Program-made: the position numbers and the translations under genes | The notes under the pieces: model-generated | What the model was told of the DNA's origin: nothing | The model's database searches: none | What the model saw: the letters and a program-made list of their open reading frames with translations, nothing else | Assembly: GCA_039091735.1 (NCBI GenBank) | Contig: JAWCLB010000001.1 | Coordinates: 721-64,720, forward strand | Reading direction: 5' to 3' | DNA length: 64,000 nucleotides | From: Candidatus Aenigmatarchaeota archaeon | Lineage (GTDB): Archaea; Aenigmatarchaeota; Aenigmatarchaeia; GW2011-AR5; JAHLMP01 | Shown here: piece after piece, positions 30,580 to 39,943 of the stretch | How the letters are laid out: each line of letters starts with the position of its first letter | How positions within the stretch are numbered: the stretch's first letter is position 1

Positions 30580-31818
30580 ATGTTTATAAAACTCTTGGGA
30601 GGTGCATGTGAGGTCGGTAAATCAGGTATTCTTATTAATTCTAATTCAACAAATTTTATTCTGGATTACGGAGTCAAGATACAGCCAGAACCTCCTCAGT
30701 ATCCTATTATCCCTAAGCGTGTTGATGGAATAATTCTGACACATAGTCACTTAGATCATAGTGGTGCTATACCTATTTTGCCTAATACCCCTGTTTATAT
30801 GACAGGTGTTTCTTCAGAGCTTTTTGAACTTTTGATAAGAGATTTTATGAAGGTCGCAAAATATAGAGGATATCCAATTAAGTTTTCAAAAGACGATTTC
30901 AAACAGGTAATGAAAAATATAAGGATTGTAGACTATGAAAAGAGTTTCTTTATAAATAATATATATTGCAAACTATTTGATGCTGGACATATTCCTGGCT
31001 CAGCAAGTATTTTCATGAGAGCAGAGGGCAAAAATATTTTATATACAGGCGATATAAAACTGAAATCACAAAGACTTGTAAATGGTTGTATCCTGCCAAA
31101 AGAAGAGATAGATGTATTAATAATAGAAAGCACATATGGTGATAGAGACCACCCTGATAGATTAAAACAAGAGGAAAAATTCAAAAGCGAGATAGACGAA
31201 ACTATAAATCAACATGGAGTTGTAATAGTACCCACATTTGCAGTCGGAAGGGCACAAGAGATATTGCTAATATTAAAAGACTATGTCAATTATATAGCAT
31301 TAGATGGGATGACAAAGGATGCAAGCAAGATAATATTGAATAATAAAAAATATATAAAGAACTATGATGAATTAACTAGAATTTTTAGAAAAATTAAAAA
31401 GATAAAAAATAATAAAGAGAGGGCAAAGCTACTAAAAAAGCCGAACATAATAATCACAACTTCTGGAATGTTAAATGGTGGACCAGTTGTTTATTATATT
31501 AAAAAAATCTACAACAGAAAAGATGCAAAGATCTTGATGACTGGATTTCAGATTGATGGTACGCCAGGAAAAACTCTACTAGACACAGGTGTTTTCATGA
31601 ATGAGGATATAAAACTTCCTGTAAGATGCCCTGTTAAAAGGTTCGATTTCTCATCTCATGCTGGAAGGAGCGAGTTATTTGATATTATCAAGAAGCTAAA
31701 TCCGAGACAAGTGATATGCGTACATGGTGACAACTGCGATGATTTTGCAAAATATATTGAAAATGATTTGATGATCCCTGCCACTGCTCCAAGAAATGGA
31801 GATAAGATTGAAATATAG
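30580..31818 (+). CDS. Second beta-CASP metallo-beta-lactamase ribonuclease (aCPSF2-like, no KH domains)
   Basis: THSHLDH, GHIPGS, YTGD, ESTYG, FAVGRAQE, SSHA, VHGD. Confidence 0.9.
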   Translation: MFIKLLGGACEVGKSGILINSNSTNFILDYGVKIQPEPPQYPIIPKRVDGIILTHSHLDHSGAIPILPNTPVYMTGVSSELFELLIRDFMKVAKYRGYPIKFSKDDFKQVMKNIRIVDYEKSFFINNIYCKLFDAGHIPGSASIFMRAEGKNILYTGDIKLKSQRLVNGCILPKEEIDVLIIESTYGDRDHPDRLKQEEKFKSEIDETINQHGVVIVPTFAVGRAQEILLILKDYVNYIALDGMTKDASKIILNNKKYIKNYDELTRIFRKIKKIKNNKERAKLLKKPNIIITTSGMLNGGPVVYYIKKIYNRKDAKILMTGFQIDGTPGKTLLDTGVFMNEDIKLPVRCPVKRFDFSSHAGRSELFDIIKKLNPRQVICVHGDNCDDFAKYIENDLMIPATAPRNGDKIEI

Positions 31819-31877
31819 TTGGGGATTAATTTAAAAAATTTCTGTCATATAAATTGATAAATAGCTCAACTGGCTAT

Positions 31878-32084
31878 GGGCCGGTAGAAAAGAAGATATG
31901 TATCTAAAAATCTTCTTCTTCGGTAAAGCTTAGCCTGGTTGGGCTTTGTTTTTAGACAAAGCTAACAGAAAGAGCGCCAAGTGATTGGCGCGTATGTCTT
32001 ATAAGACAGCTAAGCAAACTGGAGGTCGTGAGTTCGAAAATATCTGACACAATCAAGTGTCTTTCGAATCTCTCACCCGGCCCA
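31878..32084 (+). tRNA. tRNA-Ile(TAT) with five introns (31886-31926, ~31941-31970, 31980-31995, 32004-32016, 32039-32070)
   Basis: Removing the five inserts gives GGGCCGGTAGCTTAGCCTGGTTAGAGCGCCAGTCTTATAAACTGGAGGTCGTGAGTTCGAATCTCACCCGGCCCA (75 nt, all four stems paired); BHB-type helices at four of five junctions. Confidence 0.85.
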
Positions 32085-32165
32085 ATGCCATAGAAACACA
32101 TAAATAAGTGCACTTAGTTGCATATCTATAAAAAATTTTATAGTAAGGGTTTTAAAAGAATAAAA

Positions 32166-32813
32166 ATGAAAATAGTAATAAAGATTGGGGGATCTTTGTC
32201 TATTGGAAAAAACGGTCCTAGATTTAAATACTTTAAAAAACTTTTGCCTATTTTGAAGAAAATAGACAAAGAACATCAATTAATCCTTGTAATAGGTGGC
32301 GGAAAACTTATAAGGAAATATTATGATGCAATAAAGAAATTTAATTTATCTAACGAAGAAATGGAATGGATAGCAATTGATATGCTAAGGGTTAATGTAA
32401 GATTTCTATCCTTTCTTATGAAGAAGAAGCCTATCTTCAGAATAGAAGAATTAAATGAAAAAAGCGAAGGAATTATTGGTGGTGTTTTTCCAGGAAGAAG
32501 TACTGATGCAAACGCTGCTTATGCGGCAAAGGCAATAAAGGCGGATTTGTTGATAAAACTAACAGATGTCGACGGAATTTATGATAAAGACCCTAAAAGG
32601 TTTAAGAATACAAAAAAGATTGATAACTTATCGTTTGATGAATTAAGAAATTATATTAATGATGAAGCGCCTGGCTCATATGGAATATTAGATAGATTGG
32701 CTATAGAAACAATAATCAAAAACAAAATCAAAACAATCATAATGAACGGAAAGAAGCCAGAAAATCTCCTAAAGGTTTTAAAAGGAGAAAAAATAGGAAC
32801 ATTAATATCTTAA
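32166..32813 (+). CDS. pyrH: UMP kinase
   Basis: VIKIGGS, VIGGG, PGRSTD, TDVDGIYDKDP. Confidence 0.92.
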   Translation: MKIVIKIGGSLSIGKNGPRFKYFKKLLPILKKIDKEHQLILVIGGGKLIRKYYDAIKKFNLSNEEMEWIAIDMLRVNVRFLSFLMKKKPIFRIEELNEKSEGIIGGVFPGRSTDANAAYAAKAIKADLLIKLTDVDGIYDKDPKRFKNTKKIDNLSFDELRNYINDEAPGSYGILDRLAIETIIKNKIKTIIMNGKKPENLLKVLKGEKIGTLIS

Positions 32814-32817
32814 TTAT

Positions 32818-32890
32818 GGGCTCGTGGTCTAGTGGCTATGACATCGCGTTCACGTCGCGAGGATCGCAGGTTCGAATCCTGCCGGGCCCA
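32818..32890 (+). tRNA. tRNA-Val(CAC), intronless
   Basis: GGGCTCG/CGGGCCC-A; TCGCG-TTCACGT-CGCGA; GCAGG-TTCGAAT-CCTGC. Confidence 0.95.
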
Positions 32891-32938
32891 TATACAAGTA
32901 TTCTAAACCTTTAATCCTTAGTTTGAATATTAATAAAT

Positions 32939-33478
32939 ATGGAGGAAGGAACAGATTACAGATCTACTATTATTAGGCATAAGGATATAAAGAATCCAAT
33001 TAAGGAAACCAGCCTCAGGCATGATAAGCAAAGAGAAGAGGCTAAGAAGGATCTAGGTTTAATGCCAAAGGAGTTTGAATCTCAGAAGTTGCCTTACGAA
33101 GACCTTGTAAGCTTTATCTATAGATCACTTGAAAGACATGGAAAGACACCCATCGACCTGACATATGACTTACTCAATGAGATGGCTAAAGAGCTTTATG
33201 AGGCTTCTCCTAATGTTGATCGAGAGGAAGCAAGAGACTTCCGATTGGATTTCAATGATAGAGATGTCCTCGGCCGACAGTTGAGAGATCTCCGATGCCG
33301 ATACGGAGTAGGTCTAAGGGAGCTAGCGAGGTTTGCTGAGTATCATCCAAGCTACATCGAGGATGTAGAAATTCTGGGCAAAAGACGGCAGAGGTTTACC
33401 CCTGCTCTCAAAAGTCTATCTCGGTATCTTATAGGATTGAAGAAAGCGGTCGAGTCCAAAGCTAGTTCCTATCGATAA
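32939..33478 (+). CDS. Protein with C-terminal XRE-type helix-turn-helix
   Basis: GRQLRDLRCRYGVGLRELARFAEYHPSYIEDVE. Confidence 0.7.
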   Translation: MEEGTDYRSTIIRHKDIKNPIKETSLRHDKQREEAKKDLGLMPKEFESQKLPYEDLVSFIYRSLERHGKTPIDLTYDLLNEMAKELYEASPNVDREEARDFRLDFNDRDVLGRQLRDLRCRYGVGLRELARFAEYHPSYIEDVEILGKRRQRFTPALKSLSRYLIGLKKAVESKASSYR

Positions 33479-33515
33479 TTTCTTCATTCCAACCCCTGTG
33501 ACTTGACAGGGCTTT

Positions 33516-34314
33516 ATGAGGAGAGACTCAGCCCTGTAAAAGAAAGGAGCAGAAGATACTCAATTTTCTCTCCTTATGTTACAAACCACTGGAGGCGAAG
33601 GCAGAGGTTTTAGCTCTACTCTAGATGGATATCCTTCTTTGAATAGCGCCTCCTTCTGCCTTTTGATGCTTGAGGGAATGGGCTATACAGATGTCATTGG
33701 GCGGCTAAGTAATACTATTATATGTTTCGTTCGCGGTTGTGAACGAGGTGCTGGATACATGCTAAGTAATACACTCACACCTTATTTACTTGCGATACGC
33801 TGTCCAGATATATCAGCTGCTGCGAAAGTACATTTCTCCTAATCCCGGAAACTGTGTACTGAGTGCTGTGCACACGCATACTGTGACTGCTGCATTGAAA
33901 GGCTATCTCAACATGTCCAGCGGAGGATTTATAGCCATAAAGAGAAAGAATAAAAAGCATAGAAAGTATATATATCATATGTTTGATAGAGATATAAGAC
34001 AACTCAAACAGTATGGCAAGCTTCTTAAGGAAGAGAAAGAATTCGATATTCCTTCGGCTCTGAGGTTGTTGGATGACCTGCATACGAGAGGTTATTTTTC
34101 TTCAAAATATCTCAGTAGTACAGAGCGAGATATCGCGAAGCAGATTATTGCTAGGGCACTGAAAACGCTAAGAAATAACGTTCAAAAAATAATAGAGACT
34201 TCAGAAATCATAAGAGATAAACATGGCTTCCTTGAGTATTTTATGGACCTATCTAAAGTGCAGTTTAAATCAAGATACAGTGAGCTTTTCGGAGATAAAC
34301 AAGAATTACCTTGA
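33516..34314 (+). pseudogene. Probable frameshifted accessory gene (overlapping ORFs 33576-33842 and 33790-34314)
   Basis: Overlapping same-strand ORFs without clear ribosome-binding motifs; GFS..G..PSLNS segments are faintly like prenyltransferase/squalene-cyclase repeats. Confidence 0.35.
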
Positions 34315-34507
34315 TCTTACTATGAATTTTTTACAGATTCTTAGTATATTGACTGCCCTCTTTGGTTTATTGTTTCTTTGCTAGCCTCAAGTGAATGGTC
34401 TACTCCTAGAATATTCATGCAAAAATCGATTACAAGAGAAATCACAAAATAGAAGAAGTATAAAAACTAATAAAACTAAACGATATAGAGAAACAAATAA
34501 GATTCAG

Positions 34508-34921
34508 GTGATTAAAATTATTTTGCAAAAAACTGTTGCAATTGTCATAAAAAAGAATAATAAATTTTTACTGATAAAAAGGGCAAACAGACCAAATAAG
34601 AACTATTGGGCATTTCCTGGGGGTCATGTAGAGAAATCTGAGACAATCTATCAAGCAGCAGTTCGTGAGGCAAAAGAGGAGATAGGAACAGCTATTATTA
34701 ACAAAAAAAGCATATATAATTTTGTTCATGATCCTATGGTCGGACACAGGCATAGATGCTATGTTTTTATTGGGACAATTGCTGGAAGGATTAAAGCAGG
34801 AAGTGAGACTAAAGATATAGGATGGTTTAGTTTGGAGCAAATGAAAGGCATGAACTTAACTGATTATACTATTCATATCTTGAATCACTTGGCATCTACT
34901 CAATACTCCCGCCAGACATAA
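34508..34921 (+). CDS. Nudix hydrolase
   Basis: WAFPGGHVEKSETIYQAAVREAKEEIG; start codon uncertain. Confidence 0.85.
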   Translation: MIKIILQKTVAIVIKKNNKFLLIKRANRPNKNYWAFPGGHVEKSETIYQAAVREAKEEIGTAIINKKSIYNFVHDPMVGHRHRCYVFIGTIAGRIKAGSETKDIGWFSLEQMKGMNLTDYTIHILNHLASTQYSRQT

Positions 34922-35214
34922 TTACATTTTTTGCACTTAAAGAACTGTGTTGGTGGTTCATCAGCAGATCTTGTTTGCTGCAAAAAGTAATATGCCTTTA
35001 TATTCCCACATTTTGGGCACATCTTTTCAGTTGTTGGAAGATATACCTGATCTTTTTCTACACTCATGGTTTTTTCTATCTTTTTCTCTCTTATAATTTT
35101 CAGGTTTTTGATATTTCTTTTCTCCTTATGTCCACATTTAGTGCACTTTGCATATATATCTTTTCCCTTTTTTTCAGGTATCATTACTGAACCGCATTTT
35201 TTGCAAAATTCCAT
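34900..35214 (-). CDS. tfs: Transcription factor S (TFS)
   Basis: MEFCKKCGSVM; QTRSADEPPTQFFKCKKC. Confidence 0.95.
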   Translation of the reverse strand: MEFCKKCGSVMIPEKKGKDIYAKCTKCGHKEKRNIKNLKIIREKKIEKTMSVEKDQVYLPTTEKMCPKCGNIKAYYFLQQTRSADEPPTQFFKCKKCNYVWREY

Positions 35215-35406
35215 TTATCCACCTCACAAAAACCTTTATATTTAGGAAGAAAAGCTTTTAAAGCCTTTTTATTAGAGGTTCAAATGCTATTTAGCTTAAA
35301 AGAAAATCTTTACAATTGTTGTTTTTTTATTATTTATCTCATAGCTACTTTAAAATGTTGCATAATGTTCTTATCCCTTTTAAAGATTCAATTCTGTATT
35401 TTAATT

Positions 35407-36402
35407 ATGTCAATGAAGGCTTCTGCAATAGCAAATGCAAACATAGCCCTTGTAAAATATTGGGGAAAACGTAATAATAAGTTAATATTGCCAATGAATG
35501 GAAGTATATCAATGACTTGTGATGGTTTGACTACCATTACGACAGTTGAATTTTCAGACAAATACAAAGAGGATGTTATTATAATAAACGATGAAGAATT
35601 CAAAAAAGATGAAAAGGATATACATGGTCATATTGACAGGATAAGAAAATTAGCTGGAATAAAAGAATTTGCCAAAGTGATTTCAGAAACTAATTTTCCT
35701 GTTGCAGCTGGTTTAGCAAGCAGTGCATCTGGATTTTCTGCTTTGACGCTTGCAGCAAGCGCAGCAGCTGGATTAAAATTATCACCAAAAGAATTATCAA
35801 TATTAACAAGGCAGGGCTCTGGTTCTGCATGCCGTTCTATATTTGGTGGTTTTGTTGAGTGGTTTCGTGGCCAGAAAGAAGATGGAAGCGATAGCTATGC
35901 AGAACCGGTTGTTGATAAAAATTATTGGCCCGAGTTTAGAATGATTATAACAATCGTTGAGGCAGAGAAAAAGCCTGTCAGTAGCAGGGCAGGCATGGCT
36001 CAGACAGTTGCAACCTGCCCTTATTATAAAGGTTGGTTAGAAACGATAGATGATGATTTAAAAAATATCAGAGAGGGAATTAAACAAAGAGATTTTGAAA
36101 GGGTTGCAAGCACAGCTGAGTTTAATTGCCTAAAGATGCATGCATTAATGCTCACGACAAGGCCACCGATAATATATTGGACACCTGCAACAATGAGAAT
36201 TATTCATGCGGTACACAAGATGAGAGAAGAAGGAATCAAAGCTTATTTTACAATAGATGCAGGGCCGAATGTAAAAGTAATGTGCCTACAAAAAAATGAA
36301 AAAGAAATAAGCAAAAGGTTAAGAGAAATAGAAGATATCACAAAAATAATAGTATGTAAACCAGGAGATGGCGCAAAATTGGTTGATAGACATTTGTTTT
36401 AG
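35407..36402 (+). CDS. mvaD: Diphosphomevalonate decarboxylase
   Basis: NIALVKYWGK, NFPVAAGLASSASG, GSGSACRS, TIDAGPNV. Confidence 0.92.
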   Translation: MSMKASAIANANIALVKYWGKRNNKLILPMNGSISMTCDGLTTITTVEFSDKYKEDVIIINDEEFKKDEKDIHGHIDRIRKLAGIKEFAKVISETNFPVAAGLASSASGFSALTLAASAAAGLKLSPKELSILTRQGSGSACRSIFGGFVEWFRGQKEDGSDSYAEPVVDKNYWPEFRMIITIVEAEKKPVSSRAGMAQTVATCPYYKGWLETIDDDLKNIREGIKQRDFERVASTAEFNCLKMHALMLTTRPPIIYWTPATMRIIHAVHKMREEGIKAYFTIDAGPNVKVMCLQKNEKEISKRLREIEDITKIIVCKPGDGAKLVDRHLF

Positions 36403-36414
36403 AAGGTTGATAAA

Positions 36415-37455
36415 ATGACAACAGTATCTACTCCAGGAAAGGTTCATCTAATTGGTGAGCATGCCGTTGTTTATGGCGAACCTGCAATAATAGCTGCAAT
36501 AGGGTTGAGGACATATATAAAAGTAAGGCCAAGCAAAAAGATTACATATATAGATAAGGAGTGGCCTGATATAAAGCACGTGTGGTCAGTTGATGAGGTT
36601 CTGAAGATTACTAATAATGCTTTAGATTTATGGAATATGTGTTATCAAAAAAAAGATTTTTCTGAATTATTCAAATTCATAAAAGAAAAAAAATACGAAG
36701 CCTACAGGGCATCTACTGTTGGGATTGTCATGAATAGCCTTGGAATAAGAAGCGGTTTTTCAATAGAAATTAATAGTAAAGTTCCTATAGGCTCTGGTTT
36801 GGGCTCTTCAGCATCCAGGGCAGTTGCAATAACAAAAGCTATTGCTGACTTGTTTAAGAAAAGGCTTTCTTTGGAGCAGATAAATAATATCGCTTACGAA
36901 ATTGAAAAAATCATACATGGAACACCAAGTGGCGGAGACAATTCTGCATGTTGTTATGGTAAATTAATATGGTTTCAAAAATCACAACCAAAAAATATTA
37001 TAAAGCCACTAAAAATACCATACAAACTAGAAAATTTTGTTCTTGTTTATACAAAACCGCCAGAAAAAACAACAGGAGAGCTTGTACAGCTAGTAAGGAA
37101 CTTAGATGAAAATTATAGAAATGAAAGAATAAAAAGGATTGGAAGATTGGCTTATGAAATGAAGGGAGCCCTAATGAAAAAAAATCTTAAAAGAATGAAA
37201 GAAATCATAAATGAAAATCAAAGACTATTAGCAGAGCTCGGTGTTTCTTGTAGGGAGATAGACAAATTGTCAGAGGCTGTTAGAAATATAGGCGGTGCGG
37301 CAAAACTATGCGGTGCAGGTGGTGGCGGAGTGATGCTATGCTACCATGAAGATAAAGAAAAGCTAATAGAAATAATAAGAAAACTTGGATTTAAGCTATG
37401 GGAAACAGAACTAGGAGTTAAGGGTGTAAGAGTTGAAAATCTTATCTATAGATGA
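36415..37455 (+). CDS. mvk: Mevalonate kinase
   Basis: PGKVHLIGEHAVVYG, PIGSGLGSSA, HGTPSGGD, KLCGAGGGG. Confidence 0.92.
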   Translation: MTTVSTPGKVHLIGEHAVVYGEPAIIAAIGLRTYIKVRPSKKITYIDKEWPDIKHVWSVDEVLKITNNALDLWNMCYQKKDFSELFKFIKEKKYEAYRASTVGIVMNSLGIRSGFSIEINSKVPIGSGLGSSASRAVAITKAIADLFKKRLSLEQINNIAYEIEKIIHGTPSGGDNSACCYGKLIWFQKSQPKNIIKPLKIPYKLENFVLVYTKPPEKTTGELVQLVRNLDENYRNERIKRIGRLAYEMKGALMKKNLKRMKEIINENQRLLAELGVSCREIDKLSEAVRNIGGAAKLCGAGGGGVMLCYHEDKEKLIEIIRKLGFKLWETELGVKGVRVENLIYR

Positions 37456-37459
37456 TTTT

Positions 37460-38569
37460 ATGCATTATAGTGCTCCTTGTAAATTGTTTATCTCAGGCGA
37501 GTGGTCTATTCTTGAGTTAGGTAACCAAGGCATGATCGCTGCTATTAATAAAAGAGTACATAGCATTATTGAGACTAATGATAAAGGCATAGTAATATCA
37601 ATAGAAGACTTTAATATCAATAATCTAAAATGCAGGTTTGATGGTAGAAATCTTATATTTTATGAAGACGTTGAACCAATAAAAGATAAAATAAGTTTTA
37701 TAAAGAAGTCAATAGAAGTAGCGCTTAGATTCCTGAAAGATAATAAAATAAAATTAAAGCCGTTCAAAATCTGCACATGGGGCGAGAAAACAAATATTAA
37801 AATCAATGGTAAATTAAAGAAGGTTGGTTTTGGAGGCAGTGCTGCTGCAACTGTTGCTGTTATTGGAAGCGTGCTTGCATTTCATGGATATGAGGCAAAA
37901 AGAGAGGAGATTTACAAGCTTGCAACCATTGCACATTATTTTGCACAAGGAAAGGTTGGCTCTGGGTTTGATGTTGCTGCCTCGACATATGGCGGCTTAT
38001 TTGTTTATAAAAGATTTGACCCAGAGTGGCTAACAAAGAAAATTAAATCTAAAGAAAGCATAAAGAAGATTGTAAAAGAAAAATGGCCTGGTTTCTATTT
38101 TGAAAGATTAGAGATCCCGAGGGATTTAATTCTGCTTATTGGTTGGACAAGGGAATCTGCATCAACATCTGAAATGATAAAGCAGATGGAGGAGTTTAAG
38201 AGAAATAATCCAAATGTTTATAATAAATTAATAAAAAAGATTGCAAACATCGCAACAAATGCTATTGATGCATTCAAGAAAGGAGATAGAAAAGAATTTT
38301 TAGAGTTATTAAAAGAGAATGAAAAGGGACTGGCAGATTTGGGAAAGGCTGCTGGCATAAATATAGAAACGCCTGAATTGAAAAAGCTTTGCGAACTTGC
38401 AAATATGCAAGGAGCAGCAGGAAAACTTTCTGGTGCAGGAGGGGGTGATTGCGGGATAGCAATTTGCTTTAACAAAAATATAAAAGAAAAGGTAGAAAAT
38501 GCATGGAAAAAGGGGGGAATTTATATCATAGATGCAGATATTGATAATATAGGACTAGAATCAAAATAA
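37460..38569 (+). CDS. Phosphomevalonate kinase (GHMP, Gram-positive/ERG8-like)
   Basis: APCKLFISGEW, KVGFGGSAA, QGKVGSGFDVAAS, KLSGAGGGDCGI. Confidence 0.88.
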   Translation: MHYSAPCKLFISGEWSILELGNQGMIAAINKRVHSIIETNDKGIVISIEDFNINNLKCRFDGRNLIFYEDVEPIKDKISFIKKSIEVALRFLKDNKIKLKPFKICTWGEKTNIKINGKLKKVGFGGSAAATVAVIGSVLAFHGYEAKREEIYKLATIAHYFAQGKVGSGFDVAASTYGGLFVYKRFDPEWLTKKIKSKESIKKIVKEKWPGFYFERLEIPRDLILLIGWTRESASTSEMIKQMEEFKRNNPNVYNKLIKKIANIATNAIDAFKKGDRKEFLELLKENEKGLADLGKAAGINIETPELKKLCELANMQGAAGKLSGAGGGDCGIAICFNKNIKEKVENAWKKGGIYIIDADIDNIGLESK

Positions 38570-38652
38570 TTATCCCTGAGCTTGATAAAAATTTTTGGTT
38601 AGAAGATTGCAAAATTAATGCCTTTAAATTATTTTTATCTTAAGTAATATCT

Positions 38653-39726
38653 ATGACGATTTCTAAGAGAAAATCTGAGCATATAAAGATATGCTTAGAA
38701 AAGAAAGTAGAATTGGGTAGCACCCGCTTTAACGAAGTAAATTTTAAGGATATAGATCTTATCCATAGCGCACTGCCAGATGTAAATCTTAAGGATATAG
38801 ATGTGTCATGCTCATTTTTGGGTAAGGAGCTTAAGGCACCACTCATTATTTCAGGTATGACAGGAGGAACGCATGAAGCAGAAAAGATAAATAAAAATCT
38901 TGCGAAAGCTGCACAAGAATGTGGCATCGCAATGGGCGTAGGATCCCAACGCGCAGCAATAGAAGATTCTTCCTTAGAAAAGACTTATCAAGTTAGAGAA
39001 GTTGCCCCCGACATACTTCTCATTGCAAATCTTGGTATAATTCAGTTTATCGAGGAATATACTATAAGAGAGGCTGAAAAGGCAATAGATATGATAGATG
39101 CAGATGCGCTCGCATTACATTTGAATCCATTACAAGAGATTTGTCAATCAGAAGAGGGTAATGTAAATTGGAAAAATTGCCTAAAAAAGATAGAAGAGAT
39201 TTGCAGAATATTGGATAAACCTGTAATAGCAAAAGAGGTGGGCGCGGGCATAAGCAAAGAGATAGGCATTGCATTAGAGAAGGCAGGCGTATCAGCAATA
39301 GATATTTCTGGGTTAGGTGGAACGTCATGGTCATTGGTAGAAATGTACAGAAATCCTGATTCAATAAAATCACTTATTGATTGGGGAATTCCAACTGCAA
39401 TAAGCTTAATCGAAGTTGTGAGCAATGTCAAAATACCAGTAATCGCATCTGGTGGTATAAGGAACGGAAAAGAGATTGCAAAATCTTTAGCCTTGGGTGC
39501 AGAGATCGTTGGAATAGCCCTACCTTTCTTAGAGCCTGCAACAAAAAATAGTGATAAGGTAAAGGAAAAAATAAATAGCTTGGTGAAAGAGCTAAAAGCA
39601 GTTATGTTTCTAGTTGGAGCAGAAAACCTAAAAGAGCTGAAAAGAAAGCCTATTGTAATTACAGGAAAAACAAAGGAGTGGCTGGAGGCAAGAGGAATCG
39701 ATGTAAAGGCATTTGCCTTGAGATGA
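38653..39726 (+). CDS. fni: Type 2 isopentenyl-diphosphate isomerase
   Basis: RKSEHI, SGMTGG, MGVGSQR, HLNPLQE, KEVGAG, GLGGTSW. Confidence 0.95.
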   Translation: MTISKRKSEHIKICLEKKVELGSTRFNEVNFKDIDLIHSALPDVNLKDIDVSCSFLGKELKAPLIISGMTGGTHEAEKINKNLAKAAQECGIAMGVGSQRAAIEDSSLEKTYQVREVAPDILLIANLGIIQFIEEYTIREAEKAIDMIDADALALHLNPLQEICQSEEGNVNWKNCLKKIEEICRILDKPVIAKEVGAGISKEIGIALEKAGVSAIDISGLGGTSWSLVEMYRNPDSIKSLIDWGIPTAISLIEVVSNVKIPVIASGGIRNGKEIAKSLALGAEIVGIALPFLEPATKNSDKVKEKINSLVKELKAVMFLVGAENLKELKRKPIVITGKTKEWLEARGIDVKAFALR

Positions 39727-39727
39727 T

Positions 39728-39904
39728 TTATCTTCTCATAACCCTCGTAATATATCCAGCGATTCTATTTCTATTTTTCTTGCTTTCACCTATGTTCAGC
39801 TCTTCTAATATCTTTTTGTTGGATACAAAATCATTCTTAAATTTTCTCTCTTTTATCAATTTATTGACAATATTCTTGATATCTTTTGTCCTTATCCTTC
39901 CCAT
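39728..39904 (-). CDS. rps17e: 30S ribosomal protein eS17 (58 aa, not in the ORF track)
   Basis: Manual translation MGRIRTKDIK..DFVSNKKIL..SKKNRNRIAGYITR. Confidence 0.93.
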   Translation of the reverse strand: MGRIRTKDIKNIVNKLIKERKFKNDFVSNKKILEELNIGESKKNRNRIAGYITRVMRR

Positions 39905-39943
39905 CTTTCCATCTTTTAAATTTTTGGACTTATTTTAATTTTT

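Noticed and set aside
31976..31995. GAT inside CCAAGTGATTGG as an Ile(GAT) anticodon
   Set aside because: It lies in the 29/30 intron and cannot form a stem with ACTGG; the TAT reading gives a perfect arm.
31878..32084. Split or permuted tRNA
   Set aside because: All exons are collinear and in normal order at one locus.
39678..39938. 86-aa hydrophobic + strand ORF
   Set aside because: It is the antisense shadow of rps17e on the minus strand.
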